From Candidatus Micrarchaeota archaeon (GTDB lineage: Archaea; Micrarchaeota; Micrarchaeia; CABMEP01): 64,000 nucleotides of DNA. Below the pieces are notes generated by a model. That model saw only the letters and a list, made by a program, of their open reading frames with translations. It was not told where the DNA came from and searched no databases. The translations under genes were made by a program, and so were the position numbers. Position 1 is the first letter of the stretch. Each line of letters opens with the position of its first letter. The stretch is taken from contig CAYHPR010000001.1 of the NCBI GenBank assembly GCA_964358895.1, positions 9,218 to 73,217 of the forward strand. Reading direction: 5' to 3'. This document shows, piece after piece, positions 8,901 through 18,281 of this stretch.

Positions 8901-9917
8901 ACGATTGAAGGAGCACCGCATCTAAAGGAATCACATATTTCTGTTTTTGATTGTGCGTTCAAAGCAGTAAATGGTAAGAGATACATTCATCATATGGGAC
9001 ACGTAAGAATGATGGCAGCCGTACAACCATTCATCAGCGGTGCTATCAGCAAAACGGTCAACATGCCGAAGGAGAGCACAGCAGAAGAAATAGCGGATGC
9101 ATACATCCAAGCATGGAGAATGGGTTTGAAAGCAGTTGCAATTTACAGAGACGGATCAAAACGTACGCAACCTCTGACTACTTCCAAACAGATGGATACA
9201 AAATCCAGCGAGAAACAAAAAGAAAAGGAGATAGTTATTGTAAACAAAGCAACAAGACAAAGACTGCCAGCTGAAAGACAGGCATTGACTCACAGATTTG
9301 ACATTACAGGACACGAAGGATACATAACTGTTGGCCTTTTTGATAATGGAAAGCCTGGAGAAATATTCATAACCATGTCGAAAGAAGGCAGCACTATATC
9401 TGGATTGATGGATGCATTCGCAACATCAATTTCAATTGCTCTTCAGTATGGTGTACCTCTAAGGACGTTGGTAAGAAAATTTGTTCACACACGATACGAA
9501 CCGTCTGGAATGACTAGTAATCCAAATATCAGAATTGCGAAATCGATAACGGATTATATCTTCAGATGGATGGCTCTCAAATTCCTATCGAAAGAAGAAC
9601 AGATAGAAGTTGGAGTGAACTTAGACATGTCGGAAGCAACTGTTGAAAGCAGTAACGGACATGCGATAGACGTTAATCCTCCAGCATCGGTTAAAGATGC
9701 AAACATTGCCACCATGGAAGCCAAAGAAGTTCGTCAGGATAAACAAGAAGAGATCTCACGGATCTCTGCTGATTCGAATGCTAAAACAAAAAATGCAAAA
9801 TTTGCATTCCAAAATAGTGAAGATGCACCAAGCTGCGCAGACTGCGGTAGTATCATGGTCAGGTCCGCATCATGTTATAAATGTTTGAACTGTGGAAACA
9901 CGAGCGGATGCAGTTAG
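5973..9917 (+). CDS. nrdJ: ribonucleoside-diphosphate/triphosphate reductase, probably class II (B12-dependent, NrdJ-like), with one intein
   Basis: 1314-aa ORF, 951 aa without the intein. No ATP-cone and no adjacent nrdB. Carries the radical-Cys motif NP|C-SEY and a C-terminal CxxC...CxxC tail. The class assignment is an inference. Confidence 0.8.
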   Translation: MSMEKKGEQKASDTNLLQNFRFERNYTKEGVHPFDEIKWEHRDAVINDSKGKVVFSQKNIEVPASWSQTAANIAVSKYFRGKLDTTERETSVKQIVTRVAKTITYWGRKGNYFADEKEAAIYEAELTHILVNQMAAFNSPVWFNVGFEKEKVQCSACFINSVQDDMKSILNLAVTEGMLFKYGSGTGSNLSSLRSSREQLSVGGIASGPVSFMKGYDAFAGVIKSGGRTRRAAKMVILNADHPDILEFIWCKAKEEKKAWALIDAGFDPRLDGEVYTNIFFQNANNSVRVTDEFMEAIVKDNEWKTYAVTDKNRVVDTHRAKDVMNAIAEATHQCGDPGLQFDTTINKWHTCPNSGRINASNPCVTGDTKVLTEGGRWIRIDKLVGKESKVIVNTGLLTALPVNGSFKTGEKPVYRMTTKNGYEIKLTADHKVYTINRDFVPAAELTKDDFVLLPGSQVAEIKDSSNSSFYQMVGVYLGDGYSNGKTIQLTMHPTEEKQILEKFATYLSGIERTTHKNGPGTVALTSTSSKLTVINKRVIERFTQLVDLKLHSHEKTISDEIFILPLGEQKSILQGLFTSDATVANYGDKSQYISLDSTSLELLKGVQILLLGFGIKSKLYKDRRAGKLKSFLPDGKGGLKEYDVREMNSLRISRSSRYLFEKLIGFMSESKKAKQLSDMNKQVETYNDMPFDRVESLEYIGVEKVYDLTEPITHTFVANGITIHNCSEYMFLDDSACNLASLNLMKFYDESNGVFDVESFKHANAVMITAQEIIVGNASYPTPSIEKNSHDFRPLGIGYANLGALLMAQGLAYDSDEGRNFAAAISALQSGYCYYISALIANKLGPFAGYKKNEQPMLNVIDMHRKHAYMIDRNGAPEELLSQAGESWDQAYKAGKQYGFKNAQISVIAPTGTIGLMMDCDTTGIEPEIALVKYKWLVGGGMIKFVNQTVPVALRRLGYADDQIDEILKYIDENDTIEGAPHLKESHISVFDCAFKAVNGKRYIHHMGHVRMMAAVQPFISGAISKTVNMPKESTAEEIADAYIQAWRMGLKAVAIYRDGSKRTQPLTTSKQMDTKSSEKQKEKEIVIVNKATRQRLPAERQALTHRFDITGHEGYITVGLFDNGKPGEIFITMSKEGSTISGLMDAFATSISIALQYGVPLRTLVRKFVHTRYEPSGMTSNPNIRIAKSITDYIFRWMALKFLSKEEQIEVGVNLDMSEATVESSNGHAIDVNPPASVKDANIATMEAKEVRQDKQEEISRISADSNAKTKNAKFAFQNSEDAPSCADCGSIMVRSASCYKCLNCGNTSGCS
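7062..8150 (+). mobile_element. intein (363 aa) with LAGLIDADG homing-endonuclease domain inserted in the RNR
   Basis: Begins with Cys (CVTGDTKVLTEGG) and ends ...TIHN immediately before the extein Cys. Two LAGLIDADG-like motifs are present (VGVYLGDGY and LQGLFTSDATV). Removing it restores the contiguous ...ASNP-CSEYMF... motif. Confidence 0.85.
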
Positions 9918-9966
9918 ACATAGTAAGTTATAAATAGTAGGAAAGCCTCATAGATGAGGAGTAAAT

Positions 9967-10467
9967 ATGTTTGCACGAACTAAACTGAATGGTGACGTTG
10001 GTGATTGCACAGTAGGTCTTCCTTTTGGAGATAAGTTTACGTTCTATCACACATTAAAAGAAGGGTTGCTTTCTAAGGACAAAGAAACTGATAATTATAT
10101 TATAACACTAGAGAACTTTACAGGAATGAAAGGAACTCTTGCGTTAGGCTCAATTTTATCAAAAATAATAGAAGGTATATGTGATAAACACCCAAGGACT
10201 GAGGAATATAAACTTAGATGTGACTTGGGAGATGCAATAGCAATACTAAGAAAAGAAATTAATGAAACTAATGATAGTTATTTTGTTGCGCCTATAGAAA
10301 ATGAAGTTGTTGATTCAGAAGAAAAGATTAAACAATTGCTAAGAGACTTGTTTGAAAGATACGAAACTGTACTTGACATAGTGGCAGAGCAGGATATGGC
10401 TGTTTTCAATGTTGTACCTCCAGTCTATAGAAACCCTTCACCATTTTTAGTGAAGAATTCTGAGTAA
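9967..10467 (+). CDS. hypothetical protein
   Basis: 166-aa ORF with no recognisable motif. Confidence 0.35.
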   Translation: MFARTKLNGDVGDCTVGLPFGDKFTFYHTLKEGLLSKDKETDNYIITLENFTGMKGTLALGSILSKIIEGICDKHPRTEEYKLRCDLGDAIAILRKEINETNDSYFVAPIENEVVDSEEKIKQLLRDLFERYETVLDIVAEQDMAVFNVVPPVYRNPSPFLVKNSE

Positions 10468-10474
10468 AGTGAAA

Positions 10475-13165
10475 TTAGTGTAGTTCCCAGAAGCGTTTAG
10501 TTCTGATGAAATTTTTCTGAGCATTCATCAGAGCAGCGTAGAATTCTTCGTCTGTATTATACTTCTTCGAGAGGATGCCTGCAGCTCTTGTCGGACCAAC
10601 ACCATATGTTGCTAATGCAATAACTCCTTTCTTTCCTGAAGCAGATACGATGGCTGCAGTTTTGTTCAGTTTTTCTTTCCATACTTTCTCTTCCTTGCTT
10701 AATTTCTTTTTCTTAAAAATCTTTGACCAACTTGCTTCATCTATTATTGTAATCATGCTGCTACTGCAACGGTTACACTTTATTTTTTCTGGTAATTCGC
10801 CAACGAAAGAAATCCAATCATGCCCACAGTAAGTGCAGTAAAGAATTGCTGATTTTGATAGAAGTTTGTTTTTGAAAGCTCGGAGTATTTCAGCTGTTGG
10901 CTCAATCGGTGCGATAAGCTCAGATCCGTGATAACGCTGCAAAGCACGTGTTGCTATTGCAGACAGTTCTTTTACAGATTTAACCGTTATGGAGATCTGT
11001 TTGCCCCTTATATCATTTAGAACTTTTGAGGAATTTCTTACGTCAAAATAAGATGCAAGCACTTCTCTTGTGGTTTCTTCATAGAGCGGTGTGCCTTGGA
11101 ATGCAATAATAAATCTGTCAGAAACGCGTGGTGCTTCTCTGAAGATGCCGAACAGCTTGCCAACGTGTAAAAATTTGTATTTAAATATCTGATTTGTTGG
11201 CAGAATATTTCTTAGTTCTGCTGCAACGTCCGTTATTCTTGCTAGATAATGCTTAATTTTCATTGCATCTGCTGCACGTGGAAAGACAAAAGCAATCCTG
11301 TACGGATCTACTAAAGTTCTTACGGATGCACCGTATTCTTTTGCCAAGTAATGGCCAATAATCGTTCCGATAGTTCTATTTACTTTTAATCCTCCAAGAA
11401 GGTGCATGACAGCAACTTCGCCCCATGCCTCGATGTAAATGTGCTTATCAGTTGGGGGCTTTCCATCAAACTCCTTCACATCTGCTTCAGCTTCTTTGAT
11501 ATGATCTTTTCCGTCCGCAATTCTTTGCCTAATCTGACCAACTTTCTGTGAAACTTCAAAACTCGTTGGAATTTCTTCACCTTCCCAATCAGGGATTGCT
11601 GCACTGATCTCTTCCGATGGTTCTACAATAATTTGTCTTCTGTCTGTATCGATATCAAGAATATGCCAGGGAGTTCCTTTGGTTATGAAAAGGTCATTCT
11701 TTTCAAGAAACATAACAAAATTTTCATCAAGTGTGGAGATAGTTGAATTTGTTGCCGTATCCTTTACGAAATACTTGCTGACCGAAGGGATAGTAGATAG
11801 ATTTTCATAATAGTATTGCCGAGTTGACATCATCCTATGAACAATATCGTTTTCTGTTTTCTTTATCAGCCGCTTATCTGCCATAAAATTGACTACGGAA
11901 AGAAACTGGTCTGAATCGATAAGCGAATAAGGGAAGGATCGTTTTATGATATTGAAAAGATCTATTGTCGATATTTGTTCCCTGTCAAGAACGATTCCTG
12001 CAATCTGATGTGCCATCACATCTAACGCACCTATGCATTGCTGTTGTTCCTCTAGAGTTCCTTCTTTTACCATTTCAACAATTGCATTTGCTTCCAACAG
12101 ATCGTCTGGATCTGCACAAAGAATTGTACCAGTTGCAGTTCCTTTTTCAGTATGACCTGACCGACCTACCCTCTGCACAAGGCGAGAGACTTGACGCGGG
12201 GACATGTATTGAACAACATGGTGGATATCTCCGATATCGATTCCCAACTCTAGAGAGGATGTTGAGACAAGTGCATTCAAATTGCCCGTTTTGAAATCAT
12301 CTTCCAACTTAATTCTTGTGTCTTTTGATAGTGAACCATGATGAACACCGATTTTGTTGTCGACTTTCATCAACCTTGATCCAAGAATTTCTGCGATTGA
12401 ACGAGTATTGACAAATATCAGCGTCTTTCTATCTTTTGCTAATCTCTGAATCTCTCGAAGTCTGGCAGCAGCAGGGGAATCGACTGCCAATTCAGTTGCA
12501 GATGCCTCGTCGCTAAGATTTTGTTTAGGATATAAAATGTCAAACTTCATTGATTTCATATATTTCAGATCGACAACACTGAATGTTCTCAGTCCGCATA
12601 GGTAACGGCCGATATTATTAGGATCGGAGACAGTCGCACTGATTCCTATGCGCTGGAATTCTCCTGCCTTCTCTGCCAATCTTTCAAGTCCAAGCGAGAG
12701 CTGTGCACCTCGCTTATCATCAACCAATTCGTGAAGCTCGTCCACTATTACAAATTTGACATTTCTTAGAGCTTCGCCAATTTTTTTAGCAGGCAGAATA
12801 GCTTGCAGAGTTTCAGGTGTAGTTATCAGAAACTGTGGAGGATTCTTAGCCTGAAGTGCCCTTTCCGTTTGTGAAGTGTCACCATGCCGAACACTTATTG
12901 CTATACCTAAATCTTTAGCCCATTCCGTCAATCTCTTAAGTAAATCTCGATTGAGCGCTTTCAAAGGCGTGATATATACTGCAGCTATTCCCTCCAGTTT
13001 CTGGTCGCTTATTTTCTTAAGTATAGGTATCGCAGCTGACTCCGTTTTTCCAGAACCGGTTGGTGCAATAATTATAAGATTTCTGCCTTCGGCTACTGGT
13101 CCAATGACCTGTTTCTGGACCTCAGTTAGGCTACCAAATTTCTTAAGAAGAAGGTCTGCTGACAT
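10475..13165 (-). CDS. lhr: Lhr-like large ATP-dependent SF2 helicase (DEAD/DEAH box) with C-terminal Zn-ribbon
   Basis: 896 aa with IIAPTGSGKT Walker A, DELH box, motif VI QRVGRSGH, and CTYCGH...CNRCSS cysteines in the C-terminal region. Confidence 0.7.
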   Translation of the reverse strand: MSADLLLKKFGSLTEVQKQVIGPVAEGRNLIIIAPTGSGKTESAAIPILKKISDQKLEGIAAVYITPLKALNRDLLKRLTEWAKDLGIAISVRHGDTSQTERALQAKNPPQFLITTPETLQAILPAKKIGEALRNVKFVIVDELHELVDDKRGAQLSLGLERLAEKAGEFQRIGISATVSDPNNIGRYLCGLRTFSVVDLKYMKSMKFDILYPKQNLSDEASATELAVDSPAAARLREIQRLAKDRKTLIFVNTRSIAEILGSRLMKVDNKIGVHHGSLSKDTRIKLEDDFKTGNLNALVSTSSLELGIDIGDIHHVVQYMSPRQVSRLVQRVGRSGHTEKGTATGTILCADPDDLLEANAIVEMVKEGTLEEQQQCIGALDVMAHQIAGIVLDREQISTIDLFNIIKRSFPYSLIDSDQFLSVVNFMADKRLIKKTENDIVHRMMSTRQYYYENLSTIPSVSKYFVKDTATNSTISTLDENFVMFLEKNDLFITKGTPWHILDIDTDRRQIIVEPSEEISAAIPDWEGEEIPTSFEVSQKVGQIRQRIADGKDHIKEAEADVKEFDGKPPTDKHIYIEAWGEVAVMHLLGGLKVNRTIGTIIGHYLAKEYGASVRTLVDPYRIAFVFPRAADAMKIKHYLARITDVAAELRNILPTNQIFKYKFLHVGKLFGIFREAPRVSDRFIIAFQGTPLYEETTREVLASYFDVRNSSKVLNDIRGKQISITVKSVKELSAIATRALQRYHGSELIAPIEPTAEILRAFKNKLLSKSAILYCTYCGHDWISFVGELPEKIKCNRCSSSMITIIDEASWSKIFKKKKLSKEEKVWKEKLNKTAAIVSASGKKGVIALATYGVGPTRAAGILSKKYNTDEEFYAALMNAQKNFIRTKRFWELH

Positions 13166-13229
13166 GATCTACAAACCTAATACGTCGGACAGGTATATAA
13201 AGATTAACCGACTTAAAGATAGGTATTCT

Positions 13230-13652
13230 ATGGAAAAATTTGCGAGGACGTTCAAGGAACTTACGCTGCGTTATTACACTAGACTAGAACGCACTAATAT
13301 CAGTATCGCTTCAGATGATCCGATTTTTGCTGAACTTCGATCTGAAGATATAATGAGACTGGATAAGATTATAAGAAAAACTGATGTGCCATCGGTCTCG
13401 CTTAATACAATCCATCGTACAATCTTAGAAATAAACAAGCAGTTAGAGATATACAACCGAATAAATAAAACAAATAAAGAAGTGCCTGCGCGCGTGCTTA
13501 TAAAAGATTTGGAGAAAGTTAGTTCAAAAAATGGACGGCTTTCTTCACCAAGCAGGATTAAAGCAGAGATAGAAAAATTACTTGGATCTGCGATTAGAGT
13601 AGAAAGAGAAAAATATCTACAAGCTCTAAAACCCGATGGAAAAAAGAAATAG
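13230..13652 (+). CDS. hypothetical protein (start uncertain: 13164 or 13230)
   Basis: The ORF 12876..13652 overlaps the lhr 5' end on the opposite strand, so only the part after 13165 is plausibly coding. No motif recognised. Confidence 0.3.
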   Translation: MEKFARTFKELTLRYYTRLERTNISIASDDPIFAELRSEDIMRLDKIIRKTDVPSVSLNTIHRTILEINKQLEIYNRINKTNKEVPARVLIKDLEKVSSKNGRLSSPSRIKAEIEKLLGSAIRVEREKYLQALKPDGKKK

Positions 13653-13718
13653 TAAGATATCGCCTAAGAGAAAGGTGAAAAAAGAAAGCAGAACTAGTGA
13701 AAACAGAGATAGTTGTTT

Positions 13719-14183
13719 CTAATTTTCATGCATTTTTTTCAGAAGTTCGATTGCAAGCTTAACATTGCTGAAAGCGACATCGGCACGTTGCTTGTAGGTG
13801 TGTTCGAGTGCCGTTGATAGGTTGTCACCCTGGAAACCTGTAAATTTATAAGTGCCTCTTGAATCTTCAATTACGCCTGACTTTTTAAGCTGGGTGAGAT
13901 GATAGCGAACGGTTTTTTCGTTCATTTCAACGCTCTGTTGTTTTAGATAGTCTTGAACATCTTGATAATTTGGTTCTCTTTTTTCCTTGAGATGATAAAA
14001 AAGTAATGCCTCAAGCAGATTCAGAACTGATTGACGCGATTCTTTTGGGGAGATGAGGCCGAGCGAAAGTGCAATCCACCTTACAAGTGACTTTCTTGTC
14101 ATCTTTACTTCATCAGTAAGCTGCATATCTCTCAGAACTAGTTCTGAACGTATTAATTTTGACTCTGGAAGCTCTGTCGCCAT
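13719..14183 (-). CDS. putative winged-helix DNA-binding transcriptional regulator
   Basis: 154 aa. The central region (LTDEVKMTRKSLVRWIALSLGLISP...VRYHLTQLKKSGVIEDSRGTYKF) resembles a wHTH recognition helix plus wing. Low-specificity call. Confidence 0.35.
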   Translation of the reverse strand: MATELPESKLIRSELVLRDMQLTDEVKMTRKSLVRWIALSLGLISPKESRQSVLNLLEALLFYHLKEKREPNYQDVQDYLKQQSVEMNEKTVRYHLTQLKKSGVIEDSRGTYKFTGFQGDNLSTALEHTYKQRADVAFSNVKLAIELLKKMHEN

Positions 14184-14278
14184 AAGAGTATTAGAACATA
14201 CTTTTAAATAAGTTGTTTGAGGAGGGATATTAAGTCGGACAGCCCGTTTAGGGCTGCTTCTTTTAAGAGTGTGTTAGA

Positions 14279-15298
14279 ATGGATTCTGATTTTGATGTTA
14301 ATAAAGAAAAATTGAAGAAAGCATGGGATACTGACTTTGTAAAATCAGTTGAACCAACCGACCTCCCGGCAGTTAAAGGGTATGATTTTTCTCAAAAATT
14401 TGACTTTGAAAAGTTCTTAGAGAGTTATGGAACTACAGGGATTCAAGCAACTAACCTATGGAAGGCAGTTGAAACAGTTAGAAAAATGAGAAAAGAAAAG
14501 GCAAAGATATTTCTTGCATACAATTCCAATATGGTCAGCTCAGGATTGCGCGAAATAATTGCATACCTCGTAAAAAGACATTATGTTAATGCTCTAATCA
14601 CGACAGTAGGAGGAGTTGAAGAAGACATCCTCAAGACGATCAAACCATTCTTGGTTGGTGACTTCAAGAAAATTGATGGGAAAACACTGAGAAAAAACGG
14701 TGTGAACAGAATTGGAAACATCTACGTTCCTAATGATAGATACATTGAATTTGAAAAACTAATGAACCAGTTTTTACAGAAGTTGTTCGTCAAACAGAAA
14801 GAAACTGGTAGGATTATTACAGCTTCAGAATTTATTTACGAACTTGGGAAAGAAGTAAATGACGAAAATTCAATTTATTATTGGGCAACTCGCAACAATA
14901 TTCCTGTTTTTTGTCCTGCACTTACTGATGGATCAATTGGAGATATGATATACTTTTTCAAGCAGGCCAGAAAAGAAAATATGGATTTCAAAGTTGACAT
15001 ATCGGACGATATGGTAAAACTTGTGAACATGGTGATAAACGCAGATAAAACAGGAGTTATTGTTCTTGGAGGCGGATTTGTTAAACATCACATCATGGGC
15101 GCAAATCTGTTCAGAGACGGAGCAGAATATGTAGTTTATGTTTCTCTTGAAAGTGAAGAAGGCGGATCTGACAGTCAAGCAAAACCTGACGAGGCAGTCG
15201 CATGGGGAAAGATAAAAGCAGATAGCGAAGCAGTAAAAGTATATGCCGACGCGACCATTGTATTCCCATTAATTGTTGCTGCAGCATTTAAGGATTGA
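14279..15298 (+). CDS. dys: deoxyhypusine synthase
   Basis: 339 aa with the GGGFVKHH motif (GGGxxKHH, NAD/spermidine site) and overall DHS-like architecture. Confidence 0.8.
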   Translation: MDSDFDVNKEKLKKAWDTDFVKSVEPTDLPAVKGYDFSQKFDFEKFLESYGTTGIQATNLWKAVETVRKMRKEKAKIFLAYNSNMVSSGLREIIAYLVKRHYVNALITTVGGVEEDILKTIKPFLVGDFKKIDGKTLRKNGVNRIGNIYVPNDRYIEFEKLMNQFLQKLFVKQKETGRIITASEFIYELGKEVNDENSIYYWATRNNIPVFCPALTDGSIGDMIYFFKQARKENMDFKVDISDDMVKLVNMVINADKTGVIVLGGGFVKHHIMGANLFRDGAEYVVYVSLESEEGGSDSQAKPDEAVAWGKIKADSEAVKVYADATIVFPLIVAAAFKD

Positions 15299-15356
15299 AA
15301 TAAGGCTATCTTGATCAATGGATAGTGCTTTTAATAGCTTTTTCTAATATCAGCAT

Positions 15357-16223
15357 ATGGAACTTGATCTGAGAGAATTAACGCCTATTCAATTTATGGG
15401 CACTGAAATGAATTTTGAATCATCGAAAGCAGTTATTGTGCCGCTTCCGTATTCTTCAGTTGTGCATACTGAAAACACAGTGAATGGACCAATGGAAATT
15501 CTTTTTGCATGGAATTTTGAAGAATTTGACCTTGAACTTGGATATGAACCTTCGTCAGTTGGAGTCTATCCACTGCCTGAAAGGCAATACGTTGGAGAAA
15601 AGGGATTCAATCAGATTCAAAACCTAGCTGAGAGATTATTCGAAAGCAAAAAGTTTCCAGTTTTTCTAGGAGGAGACCACTCAGTTACTATTGCAACGAC
15701 TGCGGGACTGAAGGGACTTAAGGACACCTCGATAATCTGTTTTGATGCACATAGCGATCTTAAGAATGAATATGAAGGAAGCCAATTCAGCCACATGTGC
15801 GTTAATAGAAGGATAAGTGAAAAAACTGACGTTTATATCATAGGAAATAGATCTATTGGAAAGGAAGAACTTGAGTATGTTAAAACAACTAATGTTAACG
15901 CATATGGAAAGCTCTCTGGTGACGAACTAAGAGAGATATTAGATAAAAGCAGTGATGAAGTGTATATCTCAATAGACGTAGATGTGTTTACACCCTCAGT
16001 TATGCCTGCAGTCACTATGCCAGAACAGGATGGATTGACATGGCAGGAAGTTATAAAGACTTTAAAAGTATTATTTCAACATAAGAATGTTGTTGGCATG
16101 GATATAACTGAACTTTCACCGATTCCAAATTTCACATCACCGAACGCATTGTGTGCTCAATTAGCGTATAAGTGCATTGGTTACAAATTTGCAAAGAAAG
16201 AAACAGAATCTTCATTATTTTAA
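15357..16223 (+). CDS. speB: agmatinase (arginase/ureohydrolase family)
   Basis: Mn-binding motifs GGDHSVT, DAHSDL and SIDVDV. 288 aa. Adjacent to dys, consistent with agmatine to putrescine to spermidine to hypusine. Confidence 0.8.
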   Translation: MELDLRELTPIQFMGTEMNFESSKAVIVPLPYSSVVHTENTVNGPMEILFAWNFEEFDLELGYEPSSVGVYPLPERQYVGEKGFNQIQNLAERLFESKKFPVFLGGDHSVTIATTAGLKGLKDTSIICFDAHSDLKNEYEGSQFSHMCVNRRISEKTDVYIIGNRSIGKEELEYVKTTNVNAYGKLSGDELREILDKSSDEVYISIDVDVFTPSVMPAVTMPEQDGLTWQEVIKTLKVLFQHKNVVGMDITELSPIPNFTSPNALCAQLAYKCIGYKFAKKETESSLF

Positions 16224-16268
16224 TAGATTTTGAAAGGTATCTTATGACAGCAGATTATTAGTGGTCTT

Positions 16269-17462
16269 ATGAAAAAATATTTGCTCGTATCGATAATTGT
16301 AATTGCAATTTTTGTATTTGGCTGCCTTGAGATTGGTGGACAAAGAAATGTTACAGGTATAAAGAAGACTGTAGCAAATGAAACTATAACTAATATTACA
16401 TTGCCAAACGTAACAAAAGTTGCAAGCTGTGAAGAACTTCTAATAGGTAAAGATGAATGTTTGATTGAGCGAGCGTATAAAAATAATAACATAAACGACT
16501 GCCGTCAGTTAAAGAATGATTCTTTCAAACAATGCATTTATAGAATAGCAGAAAGGAGCACGCAGTATTGCAGTCTTCTTGATGAGATTTCTGCAATAGA
16601 TAACTGTTACTTTAACATCTCAACAAAAGTCGGAGACCAAGTATGTTCGTATATAGTGAATAGTAGCAAAAAAGAAACCTGTACATTGCAGTTTGTATCG
16701 GAAGCTTGTAGATCGGTTAAGAATGAAAGTGATCGTTACATCTGTGATGCAATTGCAAAGAATAGTGCAGAGATATGCAATAAGAGTCCTCTGAAAGACA
16801 CGTGTTACCTGAAGTTTAGTAAATCAGTTTCTGACAAATGTAGCTTGATAGAGAATACAGGATTGAAACTGGCATGCACAGGAATATTGACAAATACTAC
16901 AACAGGTTGTAGTACAGTAGTCGGTGTTTTGAGGGATAACTGTATTAGAACAATAGCTACAGAAACCTCAAATTGCGCGTTATGTGAAAACGTTATAGAC
17001 AGTGTTTACAAAGATGGTTGTTTCTCTGACTGTGCAATTGCTGCAAAAGATAGCAAACAATGTTCGAAACCGTCAGATGAACAAAAACGTGACAATTGCT
17101 ATTACAACTATGCATTAGCAAATAACGATGAAATAACGTGTAAAGAAGTGAGACTTCTGAGTCTCCTTAAGTTTTGCGTTGAAAAAGTTTCTATAAACAA
17201 AGCGGCTCCTGCAAGTTGTGAAGCAATGCTTGTTGAACCAAGGATAGGAGGAACGCCGACACAAGGCGAAGTTAATACATGTTACTACGCAGTTATGGGC
17301 CAATCAAATGTTTCTGCCACGGCATGCATATCAATAAGCAGTAATTCAACTTCGACAAAGGAGCAATGTATTTACTCGTACGCTAAAAGAACATTGGACA
17401 CTAGCTTCTGCAGTTCAATCTCTGACAGCAGCTTAATGCAAGCCTGTCAAAATTTAAAATAA
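16269..17462 (+). CDS. cysteine-rich secreted or membrane-anchored putative glycoprotein
   Basis: N-terminal hydrophobic anchor MKKYLLVSIIVIAIFVFGC, about 50 Cys at quasi-regular spacing of roughly 11-14 aa, and many N-x-S/T sequons. No homolog recognised. Confidence 0.45.
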   Translation: MKKYLLVSIIVIAIFVFGCLEIGGQRNVTGIKKTVANETITNITLPNVTKVASCEELLIGKDECLIERAYKNNNINDCRQLKNDSFKQCIYRIAERSTQYCSLLDEISAIDNCYFNISTKVGDQVCSYIVNSSKKETCTLQFVSEACRSVKNESDRYICDAIAKNSAEICNKSPLKDTCYLKFSKSVSDKCSLIENTGLKLACTGILTNTTTGCSTVVGVLRDNCIRTIATETSNCALCENVIDSVYKDGCFSDCAIAAKDSKQCSKPSDEQKRDNCYYNYALANNDEITCKEVRLLSLLKFCVEKVSINKAAPASCEAMLVEPRIGGTPTQGEVNTCYYAVMGQSNVSATACISISSNSTSTKEQCIYSYAKRTLDTSFCSSISDSSLMQACQNLK

Positions 17463-17528
17463 AAAAATAGATAGGAAGTTATAGTATTACGAAAATCTAA
17501 AAGAGTACAGAAAGTCTGGAAGAGTGTT

Positions 17529-18194
17529 TTATTCATTATCTTCTTCAATATCTACGTCTCTGCCTTCTCCTGCTTCGTCAACTTCTCCTTCATCTTGTTC
17601 TGTTCCGCTTAGTTCAAAATCTTCTATTTTGGCCGTGAATTCTGCATCAGAACTTATCATTTTCTTTTCTTTCATTAATTCCCTTGTTAAAAGATAGAAA
17701 ATTAATGGAACAGACTTCTTACCTTTATTGTTGCAAGGGATAAAGAAGTCTAAGTATCTAAGATTGTTATCTGTATCAACAAGACCAACTGTTAAGACAC
17801 CAAGTTCTGTTGCCTCAATCAATGCCTGATGTTCAATTCTAGGATCACAAACAAAGACTGCTGAAGGTTCGAAAAAGTCTTTTCTTGAAGGATTTGTAAA
17901 CGTTCCGGGAACAAATCGCCCAGTGAAAACTCTTGCGCCTGTCAATTCCGCAAATTTCTTAGCTGCAGGTACTGCATAGACTCTGGAAGAGATAATTGCA
18001 ACTTTAGATAAATCGTATTTAGCAAGCAGTTGTGCCATTTCTCTGACGCGCTTGTCTATCTGATCTATGGATAACATAACAAGTTTGTCTTTTCTGTATT
18101 TGTACACAAACTTCTTCATGTCAGTCGTAGCTAAACGTGTGCCTATATGTGCACCAGACTCCAAATATTTTTCATGAGCTATTAACAAATCCAT
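17529..18194 (-). CDS. rps2: 30S ribosomal protein S2 (uS2)
   Basis: MDLLIAHEKYLESGAHIGTR... with an acidic C-terminal tail. Start moved to the Met preceded by a GTGAT SD-like motif. Confidence 0.9.
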   Translation of the reverse strand: MDLLIAHEKYLESGAHIGTRLATTDMKKFVYKYRKDKLVMLSIDQIDKRVREMAQLLAKYDLSKVAIISSRVYAVPAAKKFAELTGARVFTGRFVPGTFTNPSRKDFFEPSAVFVCDPRIEHQALIEATELGVLTVGLVDTDNNLRYLDFFIPCNNKGKKSVPLIFYLLTRELMKEKKMISSDAEFTAKIEDFELSGTEQDEGEVDEAGEGRDVDIEEDNE

Positions 18195-18281
18195 TATATC
18201 ACTCAATAATTTTCAATTTATTCGTTTATTTGTTCCTTTCCTTCATTTCTTTTTTTGTCTTATTTCTACATTTATTTCATA

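Noticed and set aside
12876-13164. N-terminal 96 codons of the plus-strand ORF 12876..13652
   Set aside because: They overlap the 5' coding region of the lhr helicase on the opposite strand. Only the portion downstream of 13165 is plausibly a gene.
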